This document shows, in pieces, positions 1-13,265 of a DNA stretch of 64,000 bases. The translations under genes and the position numbers were made by a program. The notes under the pieces were generated by a model. The model worked only from the letters and a program-made list of their open reading frames with translations. It had not been told where the DNA came from and ran no database searches. Origin of the DNA: Octopus sinensis (lineage: Eukaryota). Every line of letters begins with the position of its first letter. The first letter of the stretch is position 1. Location: the NCBI RefSeq assembly GCF_006345805.1, contig NC_043004.1, positions 33,790,001 to 33,854,000 of the forward strand. Reading direction: 5' to 3'.

Positions 1-254
1 TTTTCGGACGGTTGTTCCAAGATTTCGTTTAACCAAAGCAATCAATTCGTCATGCTGAATCTCCCTCTTGGTTCATTTTTAAGGCTTTTATTTCCTGAAC
101 TAAATCTTTCGAGCAATCTCTGAACAGTTCTAATGTCAACAGAATCGTTACTAAAAGCCCGCTTGATATTTCGTAGAGCTTCGGTGGCTTAGTAACCCAA
201 CTTGTATTCGTACAAGAAAATCACTTGGTATTGTTCAGTTGTCAACATTCTCAT
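1..254 (-). mobile_element. Mariner transposase N-terminal relic, truncated by the window start
   Basis: Minus strand from ATG at 254 reads MRMLTTEQYQVIFLYEYKLGY*ATEALRNIKRAFSNDSVDIRTVQRLLERFSSGNKSLKNEPRGR. This matches the mariner HTH N-terminus (Hsmar1-like IFLxExKLG...A..NI..AF...RTVQ..F..G..SL..EPRGR). In-frame stop and frameshift present. Confidence 0.85.
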
Positions 255-1082
255 AAGAGCTGTGAGTAGCAATTTCGAATTATAGTATTGTCTAGAAAGA
301 AAAAGATTTAAGAGTAAACACCAGCATATACATAGAAACTCATTAAAAATCCATTTATAGATGACTCATAAGAAACCCATTTAAAATACATTAGTTATAG
401 GACATGACACACACACACATACACACACACACATACACACACACATACACACACACGCATGCACACACACACACACAGAGGTAATCAAGAGTTTAAAATG
501 GTGTATAGTAGACATACATATGTACGCATGTATGTATGTATATATGTGTATGTGTGTGAGTGTTTCTTTGCGATGGACTGCAGAAAAGCCACCTACTCCC
601 TCTATCCTTAAAGCAACATATTCCTCACACACCCCTTTCTCTGTGTGTGTGTGCATATGTGTGTATGTGTGTGTGTTGTATCTATGTATTTACGAAATTA
701 TATATGCAGTGTCACGTGTATATGACAGTTGTAGAACACTACCATCCCATTTCCACCACTGTTCTTGCCTTCACTGATATAAGTCACCCTCTCTCTGTTG
801 CTACCTTTCCCTCATACTAATACTTTTGCAACCTTCTCATTTTATCATATAATTCGCCCAACGACACTGGGGGAAGGCACATTATAGATTCTTATTAAAA
901 TCCAGTTAGCCTATTATTTAACTGGATGTTAGTGTAACATGTATGCAAAGTATTGGGAATATTGGTTCGCTGGTTTATGCGGTAAGATGGTAACAGACAG
1001 ACAGACAAAAAGAAATTGCCATTTTATATATACACACACATATCTATCTATCTATCTAGCTATCTATATATGCATGTATATA

Positions 1083-1135
<53 letters not shown>

Positions 1136-1581
1136 TATATATACATGTATATATAAATATATATAAATATATATATATATAATATATATATATATACATA
1201 CAATCCAGCCGTCCCTTGCCATGGAAGTTCGTCTATCTTTAAAGCAAAGCCCTGAAGAGACTTATATAAACCTATATGAATTGTATATAAATCAAATAAT
1301 ATATATAAGTCTAAACAAATTGTTGGCTCCTTTGGTTTTTTAATGATTTTTTATGCTGTCTTATATTATATTCATAGTATATTATGTTATATTATAATAT
1401 AAATTAGTTATTGGATTGTCAATTGAATCTCTCAGTTTAATTTATAGTTTGTAATTTGCATTATATCCATATTTATGGGGTATTCAACTGATGTACCAGT
1501 GAATAGGATGTTGTACACAACAACCCTTTGAAGGAATTCCTTTCCTTTGGTTTGTTACTTTATTTATTTAGACACACACAC

Positions 1582-1615
<34 letters not shown>

Positions 1616-1627
1616 ACACATATATAT

Positions 1628-1982
1628 TCTTTTATTTGTTTCAGTCATTTGACTGTGGCCATGCTGAAGCACCACCTTTAGTTGAACAAATCAACCCCAG
1701 GACTTGGACTTTGTAAGCCAAGTACTTATTCTATCAGGCTCTTTTGCCGAACCAACATTGGTTGTCAAGCAATGGTGATGGGGGGGGGGGGGGTGACAAG
1801 CACAGCTACACAAACATATACATTGATATATATATAATATATATATATGATGGGCTTCTTTCAGTTTCCATCTATCAAATCCATTCACAAGGCTTTGGTT
1901 GGCTGAAGGTGCCATGTAGTGGGACTGAACCTGGAACCATGTGGTTGGGAAGCTAGATTCTTACCACAGAGCAATGCCTGTG
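1628..1982 (-). mobile_element. tRNA-derived CORE-like SINE (family B), degenerate
   Basis: Minus strand has the B-box-like GGTTCAGTCCC, the body GGAAACTGAAAGAAGCCC and the tail ACTAAAGGTGGTGCTTCAGCATGGCCACAGTCAAATGACTGAAACAA, shared with the copies at 24368-24710 and 44884-45289. Confidence 0.8.
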
Positions 1983-2021
1983 TTTATACACACACACACA
2001 CACACACGCATACATACATAG

Positions 2022-2746
<725 letters not shown>

Positions 2747-3914
2747 ACTATATTCATGGATAGAATCCATGTACATTTGAAAATCTCACAAAATATTTTA
2801 TTATCCAAATGTCATAGCAGAGCTGATCATATTACTGATTCTTAAGCATCGTCTCCAGTGGGATCATAATTCTTATGATGATTAAATGACATATTCTAAT
2901 TAGCAGCCACAACAATAACAACAACTATAACCTTCATATGAACTACTATCTCTTGCCATTCCATCCAATTTCTATAAGACTAGAAAAATATTCATCATAC
3001 ATATTTAATTCCCATAATTATTTTTTCGACTCCCCACGGACATTAAAATCATGGAAAGTCAATGGTGTAATATTTCTTCAACAGATTAATGGCTGTTGTA
3101 ATTCCCTACAATTTAGTTTGTTGTTTTCACTTTCAATAATATTGCATAATTCCATTCTTGGTACCAAAGACCTTCACCTACCATTGTTTGTACAATCATT
3201 TTGACATTTCATTTGACATATAAGAGTTGGTCAGGTGGTGCTCATCCCTTATTTATGCATGTAAACACACGGGTACCAACAAACATTCATACACACTCAC
3301 ACACATATATTCACACACACTCACATGTATTCACACACATGCATGCATGCACATACACACAAAGTGTTGAGTGTTTGTTTATAAGAACAAAGCTTTCACA
3401 CACACAACAAAGTACTCAATACTTCAAGAAGTGTGTTATATTATTTTATTAGTGACTTCTTTACAAAGCTACCATAACACCAAAGTTACCAAAGTTACTG
3501 AAGTCCCTGTGTCATTATTGGCATAATGACCCTCTCAAGATGCAAGGTTTGTCTCCATACATGAATTCACATCAAGAATCTTGCTAACCAAATACAGAAA
3601 CCGAAGTTAATATATTTACTTGTGTATAAATCTCACTATTTTAACTGAAAACTGAGGTGAGACTAATATATGGGACAAAGCTAAAACTATGACGATTTAA
3701 CACTGAGTAAGGGTGTGAATTACACTTGAATGCAACTCATATATCTGGAACTTCAATAATCCTGTTTCGGTCCTTGGTGATCATGTTCACAACTAGTAAC
3801 TACATTCGGTGAGAATATTGAATTTATATTGGTTTCCTGAAAGAGAGAAAGCAGTAAGAATATGCCTAAAGATAAGACACAGAATGCAGAATAAACAGAG
3901 TGTAGAAAGTGATA

Positions 3915-4016
3915 TATATATGCATGCACGCACACATATACATGCACATATATATTCATATACATACATACATACATACATACATACATACATACATACA
4001 TACATACATACATACA

Positions 4017-4114
<98 letters not shown>

Positions 4115-4125
4115 ATATATATACA
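3915..4125. repeat. (ATAC)n plus (AT)n microsatellite
   Basis: Directly visible. Confidence 0.95.
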
Positions 4126-4242
4126 TGTGCTGGGACAGCTATCATCTCTCAAGATGAAGTAATCATCACACATGCGTATATATATATATATATCTTTGTT
4201 GGAATTTGAGAGGTTCAGAGTTCTGTTTTCTCAGTTTTTATA

Positions 4243-4410
4243 GATGCTGGCATGGCTGTGCAGTAAGAAGTTTATTTCCCAACCACATGGTTCCAAGTTG
4301 AGGTCCACTGTATGACACCTTTAGTAAGCATCTTGTCCTATAGCTTTGAGCTGAGAAAACAGCACTGTGAGTGGATTTGATAGACAGAAACTGAAAGAAG
4401 CCCCTTGTAT
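4243..4410 (+). mobile_element. SINE family B, 5' half
   Basis: GGCATGGCTGTGCAGTAAGAAG...CCAACCACATGGTTCC...GTGAGTGGATTTGATAGACAGAAACTGAAAGAAGCCC. Confidence 0.75.
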
Positions 4411-4649
4411 ATATATATATATTGATTAACTTCATGAAGGTATAGTGTCATCGAAGGAAATACTGTTTCAATATCTGATATTTTTGGTGAATTAATTTCA
4501 TTAAAATAATACAGGTACAACAGAAACAGAAAGAAAGAATGAGAGAAAGTTGTGGTGAAAGAATACAGCAGGGTTCACCACCAACCCCTGCCAGAGCCTT
4601 GTGGAGCTTTAGATGTTTTTGCTCAATAAACACTCACAATGCCCAGCCT

Positions 4650-4791
4650 GGGCTTCTTTCAGTTTCCGTCTAGCAAATCCACTCACTAGGCTTCTATAGC
4701 AGAAGACACATGGTTCTGAATTCAGAAGGACTGAACCCAGAACCATGTGGTTGGTAAGCAAACTACTTACCGCACGGCCACTCCTGCACCT
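4650..4791 (-). mobile_element. SINE family B, 5' half, inverted relative to 4243-4410
   Basis: Reverse complement of the family B head: GGGCTTCTTTCAGTTTCCGTCTAGCAAATCCACTCAC...GGACTGAACCCAGAACCATGTGGTTGGTAAGC...CCACTCCTGCACC. Confidence 0.8.
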
Positions 4792-5134
4792 ATTTATGAT
4801 TTTTAAAAAACATTGTTGTTGCAAGAATTGAGTGTTAAACTATAAAAATGTCACAAGAATATAATCTGAAATAACCTTAAAGAGGCCAACGTCTGACTTA
4901 AGATAGTTCCAAATAAAATTATATGGTAAGAAATCAAAACCAAGAATATTGAAGATTGCTTAAACTATTGCCTGATATTTAAGTATTCAGAATTGGCCAC
5001 ATACAACCAAACAAACTATCAGCCTGACCGACACAATTTTACACACATATTTATATAGAAGGTAAAGCAGTATCTAAATGTGCTATTTGCAGACACTTGT
5101 AGTATTACTAGTGCATATGCACACAGACATGCAC

Positions 5135-5169
<35 letters not shown>

Positions 5170-5173
5170 TATA

Positions 5174-5469
5174 CTAGTAGTATCACCCGGCGTTGCTCGG
5201 GTTTGTAAGGGAAATAACTATATAAGCATTTTTAGAGAGGTACTTCCCTTATATAATAGCAAAAAAATGCGTTAAAAATGGGAAAAAATGATGGTAAATT
5301 TTTTTTAAAATAGTAGACTCATTGTAGATGCGCGCTAATACCCAGAACGGTTCGATATGAATCACGGCTATAAGATACCTGCTTTTGTTTAAACTGCACC
5401 GCAAAATGTGGGAGTAGTTAGGAATCTAAATCGTAGGAGACAGACACACAACCTGACTTTTATATATAA

Positions 5470-5472
<3 letters not shown>
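5174..5472 (-). mobile_element. Non-autonomous Helitron, 299 bp
   Basis: On the minus strand it starts TC and ends CTAG, with the hairpin CCCGAGCAACGCCGGG about 10 nt upstream, inserted between A and T. This is the canonical Helitron signature. A second copy lies at 14561-15074. Confidence 0.85.
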
Positions 5473-5510
<38 letters not shown>

Positions 5511-5634
5511 TTACAAATATAAGGGTAAAGGATTATTAATTTAATAATTAATAAATTTTACCAAGTAGTTTCAGTATGGAAAGAGAACCAGTATCAGTAG
5601 GAACTTTTACAAAAAGTCTTTTTTTATATAAATA

Positions 5635-5988
5635 TAATTGAGGGTTTAGCAACAAGTTGCTTCACCACATACCGAAAATTTAGAAATAGCAGCCAAAGAC
5701 AGCTTATTCCTTTTTACTACAGATATTACTCCACAGATAACAATATTTGTAACTCACATAGGCAAAAGAAGAGAAAATGAATGAATTTGTATAATTCTAA
5801 CCCAGAAACACGTCCACAATTAATCGAAGACTGGTTGATTTTGTTGTTTTTCTTCTTTTGCATTTGTGAGTTACAAATATTGTTATCTGTGGAGTAATAT
5901 CTGTAGTAAAAAGGAATAAGCTGTCTTTTAGCTGCTATTTCTAAATTTTCGGTATGTGGTGAAGCAACTTGTTGCTTAACCCTTAATT
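5635..5988. repeat. Fold-back element (MITE-like): about 124-bp near-perfect inverted arms
   Basis: 5635-5758 is the reverse complement of 5865-5988 with about 4 differences. Looser pairing extends about 20 bp further inward. Confidence 0.9.
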
Positions 5989-6006
5989 ATATATATATAT
6001 ATATAT

Positions 6007-6529
6007 ATCGAAATCGAAATCGAATTGAACCAGCCAGGATCCCTGGTCTGGTGGTACGTAAAGCACTATCCGACTCGTGGCCGTGGCACGTAAAATACTC
6101 CAATGCGACCGTACGACAGGCACCCTTGCCAACCCCCTTTGCTTGTGAAGACATGTTGGGGCAAGCGAAATCGAAATCGAATTGAACCAGCCAGGATCCC
6201 TGGTCTGGTGGTACGTAAAAAGCACTATCCGACTCGTGGCCGATGCCAGCACCGCCTCGACTGGCTTCCGTGCCGGTGGCACATAAAATACACCAATCTG
6301 ACCGTGGCCGTTGCCAGCCCCGCCTGGCACCTGTGCAGGTGGCACGTAAAAAGCACCCACTACACTCACGGAGTGGTTGGCGTTAGGAAGGGCATCCAGC
6401 TGTAGAAACATTGCCAAATTAGACTGGAGCCTGGTGCAGCCTTCTGGCTTCCCAGAACCCCGGTCGAACCGTCCAACCCATGCTAGCATGGAGAACGGAC
6501 GTTAAACGACGATGATGACGACGATGATG
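6007..6529 (+). mobile_element. RTE-LINE 3' UTR / RTE-tailed element (family C) with internal tandem repeats and a (GAT)n tail
   Basis: Repeated GGTGGCACGTAAAAAGCAC units followed by GGAGTGGTTGGCGTTAGGAAGGGCATCCAGCTGTAGAAAC...CCAACCCATGCTAGCATGGAGAACGGACGTTAAACGA(TGA)n. The same tail follows RTE RT coding sequence at 37377-39135. Confidence 0.8.
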
Positions 6530-6571
<42 letters not shown>

Positions 6572-6584
6572 ATATATATATTAT

Positions 6585-6788
6585 GTCATCATTGTCGTCA
6601 TTTAACATTCATTTTCCATGTTGGCATGGGTTGGGCAGTTTGGAAAGAGTTGGTAAGACCAGGGCTGCAGCAGGTGCCATTGTCTTCTTTGGCATGGTTT
6701 CTACAGCTGGATGTCCTTCCTAATGCCAACCACTTTACACAGTGTGTAGGGTTACTGGGTACTTTTCACAGGGTACCAACACCAGTGC
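6585..6788 (-). mobile_element. Family C RTE 3' tail, inverted copy
   Basis: CATCATTGTCGTCATTTAACATTCATTTTCCATGTTGGCATGGGTTGG...TTTCTACAGCTGGATGTCCTTCCTAATGCCAACCAC. Confidence 0.8.
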
Positions 6789-6874
6789 TTATATATATAT
6801 ATATGTATATATGCCTGTATGTATATATGTATATATATATATATATTGAAAGAGAGAGAGACAGACAGACAGAG

Positions 6875-6923
<49 letters not shown>

Positions 6924-7097
6924 GGAACATGATGCCGTTCTTGGGCCCAAAAGATACTGTTCAGCATAGACTTTAAATTATGATGATGGTGCATGTATGT
7001 ATGTATGTTTGTATGTATGTATGTATGTTTGTACGTATGTATGTATGTATGTATGTATGTATGTATGTATGTATGTATGTATGTATGTATGTACGTA

Positions 7098-7374
7098 AGG
7101 CAGCGAGCTGGCAGAATCGTTAGCACGCCGGCCAGAATGCTTAGCACGCCGGCCGGAATGCTTAGCACGCCGGCTGGAATGCCTAGCGGTATTTCGGCTG
7201 CCGCTACGTTCTGAGTTCAAATTCCACCGAGGTCGACTTTGCCTTTCATCCTTTCGGGGTCGATCAAATAAGTACCAGTTACGCACTGGGGTCGATATAA
7301 TCGACTTAATCCGTTTGTCTGTCCTTGTTTGTCCTCTCTGTGTTTAGCCCCTTGTGGGTAGTAAAGAAATAGGT
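7098..7374 (+). mobile_element. tRNA-derived SINE (family A), full length, inside (TATG)n, with a triplicated 21-bp head unit
   Basis: GGCAGCGAGCTGGCAGAATCGTTAGC head, B-box-like GTTCAAATTCC, central GAGGTCGACTTTGCCTTTCATCCTTTCGGGGTCGAT..AAGTACCAG domain and tail CCCCTTGTGGGTAGTAAAGAAATAGG. Confidence 0.9.
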
Positions 7375-7703
7375 ATGTATGTATGTATGTATGTGTTGGG
7401 GGGTGATACGAAAATCCTTCAGTATTGCAAACACTCTGTGAGTGTTTGGCAAAACTGCATGTGCAGCTGAAAATCGTTGATAATCTTTCTTCTGAATCAT
7501 TCAATTTAGATGTAGCTTGTATAATTATTTATCTGATGCTTTGTAAAGTTGTGTTAAAATAGCTCTGCAGTTTTTTTATGATGGCTGATAAATTTGAGCA
7601 TCATATTTGCATTGAACTTTGCTTGGAGCTTGACATATCTGCTACAGAGACCGATGAAATGCTTTGACAGGCATTTGCTGAGCATTTTTTTAGGTCAAAC
7701 AAA

Positions 7704-7960
7704 ATCAGTCAGTTGTCAATTTGACCTGATGAGCAAAATGTGCAAACAAGCTGTCGTGGTGGTGGACACCCGCCAGGAAAGAAGTGGGCTGGTCCACTAC
7801 TAATAAACAGTGGACTGACACATTCAGGAGGGTCGGTCAGCGAAGGTATGCCGTTTGGACCAATCCTGTAGAGACAATGAAATATGTCATCATCACGGGA
7901 CATATCAGTGGTGACGAGGGTTTGGCCAATATCCCCTCTGGGACATATCACAAGCAATAC
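7704..7960 (+). mobile_element. GC-richer insertion beginning with a hammerhead-like motif; possible Penelope-like pLTR or retrozyme fragment
   Basis: Interrupts the mariner. Contains CTGATGA-GCA-aaatg-TGC-AAAC-aagct-GTC at 7726-7755. Confidence 0.45.
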
Positions 7961-8057
7961 TAGAAAACAACTTGGTGAACTCTTTTATGAGGATCTTCAT
8001 TGAGCAATGTTTCAATCCAACATGAGTGGAATCAATAATGGAATCTGCACAAATGGT

Positions 8058-8260
8058 AAGCAGACAGAATCGTTAGAATGCTGGACAAAATACTTATTGG
8101 CATTTTGTTTTAATGGTTGGAGTTCAAATTCTGCTGGGGATGACTTTGTCTTTCATCCTTTTGAGATTAATAAAGTAAGTACCAGTTGGGTACTGGGGTT
8201 GATGTAATCCTCTTACTCCTTCCCTGAAATTGCTTGCCTTGTGCAAGAATTTGAAATCAA
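8058..8260 (+). mobile_element. Family A SINE, degenerate, inserted in the mariner with a probable target-site duplication (TSD)
   Basis: CAGAATCGTTAGAATGCTGG...GAGTTCAAATTCTGCTGGGGATGACTTTGTCTTTCATCC. Flanked by AATCAATAATGGAATCTGC and AATCAATGATGGAGTTTGC. Confidence 0.75.
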
Positions 8261-9334
8261 TGATGGAGTTTGCCGAGACATTTGTACAGAAAATCTGATC
8301 ATTCAATGAGTTGCTGTGAGGTTTTCTTCTCTCAACTCTTGACGTTCAATCAGAAGTAGCAATGTCTTAACACAGGCCCTGGGTTTCATGAAATGGCTTA
8401 TAGCGACTCAACTTTTGTCTTTAGAACTGTTAGGGGTGATGAGAGAGGGATTCATTGCTGTGATTTGGAGGAAGAACAGCAGCCAATACAATGCAAGAGC
8501 TGCAGTTATCAGAACCAATCAATGATGAAAAATCCAGAGTTCAATGCAGAGTATGTAGTCTGGGAGTTTTTCTATGTCATGGCCATCATTCACTGAGAAT
8601 TTGTTCTTTTTGGCAGTTTGGTAAATTCTGACTTTTGCTGTGATATCATGACATGCCTTAGAAATGTACAGCAAAGAAGATCAGAACTGTGGTGAGAATG
8701 CAATTGATTGTTGCATCTTGGCAATGCATCTGCTCCGGATTTTTTCTAAGACAAAGCAGTTTTTACCAACAACAATGGAAATCATACCAAAAATCTCTGA
8801 ACTGGCCTCACTTAGCCAGGTTTCCTAAAATTAAAACTGAAGGGAGGTAAGATGAAATCCAAGTACAATCACAGACAGTATTAAACAATGTTCAAGAAGG
8901 GAACTTCTAAAGTAGCTCTAAAACATGAGAGGAGGGGTGGAATATAAATGGTACAAGAAATACAGTATTTACTGAAATATTGGAGTACATTTAGTGTGTG
9001 TGTGTGCGTGTGTGTGTGTGTGTGTGAAGAAAGAGAGAGAGAAAGAGATAGACAGACAGATCACAATCAACAGATTATGGTGGCATCTGTAAGTATAGCT
9101 TAGGTGTATGTAGGCTGGCTCAATAAAGCTGACTCACCCAACATACACTATATAAGGTAAAAGAAAAAGTCCTCACAATTAATCTTATGACCCAATGGGT
9201 TAAGAAACTCAAAATCACTGCATGATGATTACTTTGAAATTAAAACATGAACCAAGTATTTCCTTTTAATCAATTAATAGTGTTTATATGAAATTATATA
9301 AGCTGCAACCATTTTCTCTCCTTCCCTTTCTTTA

Positions 9335-9375
9335 TTCTCTCTCTTCTCCTCAGTATGTATGTATGTATGTATACT

Positions 9376-9458
<83 letters not shown>

Positions 9459-9621
9459 ATATATAATATATATATATATATACATATATATACATATATA
9501 TACATACATATACATATATACATATATCATCATCATCATCGTTTAACGTCGATGATGATGATATATGTATATATATATGTATGTATATATATGTATATAT
9601 ATATATATTTCTCTCTCTCTC

Positions 9622-9695
<74 letters not shown>

Positions 9696-9774
9696 CATAC
9701 TGAGAAAGAGTATGTATATATATACATATATATATACACACACACCCACATATATATATATATATGCATAACTT

Positions 9775-9820
<46 letters not shown>

Positions 9821-9935
9821 AAGAAAGAAAGAGAAAGAGAGATATATAAATATATATATATTATGTATATAAATATGTATATGTATATATATGTTTATAT
9901 ATCTATATCTATATGTATGCATGTATATATGTATA
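9335..9935. repeat. Compound (AT)n/(AC)n/(AG)n microsatellite block
   Basis: Directly visible. Confidence 0.95.
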
Positions 9936-11180
9936 TGAGGAAGAAAAAGAAGAAGAAGAAGGGGGGAAGAGGAGGAGAAAAAGAAGGAGAAGAAGAAGAA
10001 GCATTGACAATGCAAAAAGGCTTTTATATTGTCAAAGTGTAATGGAAAATGTCTCTGTGTTTTGTGGTGTCAGATTTTTCTTGTGTAATTGATATGATGA
10101 CAGCCATTCTCAGACAAGGAAAAAATATATCAATTTTCAACAACAATGACCAACTTCTTCAAGTAGGAATTTTGCATTAATGAAGCATCTGCGAAAAATA
10201 CCTTCAAGGTGCTAACAGAATTTAAAATACAAAACATTTGAGCTTCTCCAGTAAAAATAAAAAATAAAAAAATTCCCCCAAAACAACAGAATGTTACCTT
10301 ATTGTCTAACATCTTTTATTGTTGTTTTACCTTTTTTTTTGATAATATGTTAATACATATTTTGATAATTAAATTTCATTCTTAATTGAATTTCAGTAAT
10401 TTTAAATCAAGAATGAAGATATATTAGAGCTAAGAATTGTGTTACAATCCTAAATTGAAACAAAGAAAAAATATGTGTACAAGAAAAACAAATAAAGAAT
10501 ATGTAGTTTTGCAAATGTGATTTTTGCTTCTGCTCTCAATAAAGAAATGTTTACATGAGAAATTAAGTTTCAGATTTATGGGAAAGAGAATAAACGATGT
10601 TGTGATCTACACTCATAACTCAATAACTGTTAGTTGTACTAAAATTATGAGCACAGTTAATGTATCATTGTTATTGATATGGGAAACTATGTTGCAAATG
10701 TATTAAAATAGCTGCTTTAACCAAGTCATTAATCCATCTATGATTCAAGATTATAGCTAGTTCCTTCTCTTTAATCTCTGTTCTCTTGATCCGCTGACTC
10801 CTATTATAATTCTATTCACATTTAAGTTGCTTTACAGGCATATTGTATTGATCAAGTACTTGACTGGTATTTTATGTTGTTGACCCGAAAAGGATCAAAG
10901 GCAAAGTTGACCCCAGCAGAATTTCAGAGCCTAAACCAAATGCTACAGTATTTTGTCAAAAGCTCAAAGAATTCTGTCAAGTTGTTTGATCAAGGGAAAT
11001 GCTCAATTACTTATAAATGGCTGAGTACTACACAGACTCAAGGATTCAACAAATATATTTATCATTATTATAATTCTTGTAGACATCAGGGGTGGATGAG
11101 AATCACTTGGTCATGGCAGAGGAAGAGTTATCTCATAAAGATGGGGATTGACTAAGACTTTGCTTAAAAGGTTTCCTGTA

Positions 11181-11413
11181 AGGCGGCAAGCTGGCAGAAT
11201 CGTTAGCATACCGGGTGAAATGCGTAGCTGTATTTCATCTGCTGCTATGTTCTGAGTTCAAATTCCGCCGAGGTAGACTTTGCCTTTCATCCTTTCGGGG
11301 TCGATAAATTAAGTACCAGTTACGCACTGGGGTCGATGTAATTGACTTAATCCGTTTGTCTGTCCTTGTTTGTCCTCTCTGTGTTTAGCCCCTTGTGGGT
11401 AGTAAAGAAATAG
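11181..11413 (+). mobile_element. Family A SINE, full length
   Basis: AGGCGGCAAGCTGGCAGAATCGTTAGC...GTTCAAATTCCGCCGAGGTAGACTTTGCCTTTCATCC...AGTAAAGAAATAG. Confidence 0.9.
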
Positions 11414-11694
11414 TTTTACTGAGAAGATCTGGGAATATACTGAGAAATGAAGAGTGCAGCAATGAACCGCAATGGGGCATGCCCCACCCCTCCATCTGAC
11501 CTGATCTGGTAACCCTTTGTATAAAATCATTGTGTCACAGTATGTGATTAACTTTCAGTTTTGGAATTACAAGTTCCATCCAATCCAAATGTAATTTACA
11601 CAGTTTCCATTTCATTTGATTGACAAGGTTTGAGCCAACCCAAGACTTTCAGAAGAGACATGTGCTAAACCTGATGTGCTTGACATGATATAGG

Positions 11695-11906
11695 TACAGG
11701 TGTGGCTGGATGGGTTAGAAGCTTACTTTACAGCCATGTGCTTTCAGGTTCAATTCTAGAGCGTGGTACCTTGAGCAAGTGTTTTCTTCAATAGCCAAGG
11801 GTTGACCGAAATCTTGCGATTGAATCTGGAAGATGGAAACTGAAGGAAGTCAGTTGTGTGTATATATGTGTGTGCATGTGTGTGTATGTATATGTGCATG
11901 TGTGCA

Positions 11907-11937
<31 letters not shown>

Positions 11938-12185
11938 TGTGTGTGTTTACACTTGGTGTATGTAAATGAGCATCATGGTTGTACAGGCAGTGTTCTTCAT
12001 TTCCAGCCTTCAGTGAAAAACATGACTGGCCATGGAGAAATATTACTTTGCTTGGAAACAGGTGATGGTTGGTGACAGGAAGAGTATCCAGCTGTAGAAA
12101 ATCTGCCTCAACAAATTCTACTGGACCCATTCAAGCATAGAAAATTGGGCATTGAAACAAAGAAGGTGGTTATGATGATGGTGTG
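11695..12185 (+). mobile_element. Family B SINE 5' half, then (TG)n, then an RTE-like tail (family D)
   Basis: GGTACAGGTGTGGCTG...GTACCTTGAGCAAGTG...GGAAACTGAAGGAAG, followed by GGTGACAGGAAGAGTATCCAGCTGTAGAAAATCTGCCTC...GCATAGAAAA. The same tail occurs at 40520-40740, 56790-57030 and 63100-63200. Confidence 0.65.
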
Positions 12186-12904
12186 TAGTGGAATTGAAAC
12201 CAGTATCTCATGATTGTGAAGCAGCTTTCAAAACCTGTTCATCATGCCTGCGCCCTATCTTTACTAATATCACTAGAGAAAGCATAAATATAACAATTTC
12301 TGTTTAATCATTTCCATTATTTAATAAAATTGATTACTGATTTATTTTCCTGTTCTGTCAGAAGAATAGTAGAATTTATTCATGACCATTCTCAGGGTCT
12401 TTGAGACTGGTGGAATGGCAAGAAGAGGTTGCCTTAAGAACAGAGACCAGACCTGAATCCTCACAATAGAGTGAACCATACTAAAAGCACGCAAAGCCTA
12501 ATTGTTGGTTTAAGAACAAGAAGTGTCCCTTGAATAGGCTTCTGCATAGTTTCTCTTTACCAAATTCCATTCATAAAGCTTTGGTCAGCCTGACTCTCAA
12601 TGTGGTACATACTTTGAGTCAATGTTTGGCATTTACGAAAACATTTGTATTTTATGTTAACTGACAACAAGGAATGTCGTTGACATTCTACAGCAAATCA
12701 CCTAAGTTCAAACGAGGAAAATTCTTTATTTATTTATTAAATAATGGAAATGATTAAACAGAAATTGTTATATTTATGCTTTTCCTTGTGATATTAGTAA
12801 AGATAGGGTGCAGGCATGATGAACAGGTTTTGAAAGCTGCTTCACAATTTCCACATTCTCATAGCTTTGTTATTGTTCATCATTGATATTTGTGTAATTA
12901 GTTG

Positions 12905-13140
12905 GGGTGGAAAGCTGGCAGAACCATTAGCACGCTGGGCGAAATGCATAGCAGCATTTTGTCTGTCTTTACATCCTGAGTTCAAATTTCACCAAGACCA
13001 ACTTTGCCATTTATCATTTAAGAGTCGATAAAATAAGTATTATTATATTGTAATAACAATAAATACATCTGGGGTAGATGTAATCAACTAGCTCCCACCC
13101 CTAAAATTGCTGGCCTGGCACAAAAATTTGAAACTGATGT
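12905..13140 (+). mobile_element. Family A SINE, degenerate
   Basis: AAGCTGGCAGAACCATTAGCACGCTGGGCGAAATGC...GAGTTCAAATTTCACCAAGACCAACTTTGCC. Confidence 0.75.
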
Positions 13141-13265
13141 TTCTGTTACCAATTATATTTTCTATTTCCAGTTATTTAATTTCTTAAAAACTACCTTTCA
13201 ATGTATTTACATAACTGGTGAGTATGTATTTTGTTTCATTGCTATAATATTCTAAAGAACATATC

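Larger units (their letters stand above)
7581..8930 (+). mobile_element. Highly degenerate mariner transposase, interrupted by two insertions
   Basis: MADKFEHHICIELCLELDISATETDEML*QAF (7581) matches the mariner N-terminus. RTVRGDERGIHCCDLEEEQQ matches IITGDETW..YDPETKQQ. FFYVMAIIH*EFV and LLHLGNASAP match FFD..GIVH.EFV and LHHDNAPAH. FPKIKTEGR matches FPKLK..LKG. Many stops and frameshifts. Confidence 0.75.

Noticed and set aside
7098-7230. tRNA gene calls at SINE heads
   Set aside because: A/B-box-like motifs are present but there is no cloverleaf, and they run into the repeated SINE body.
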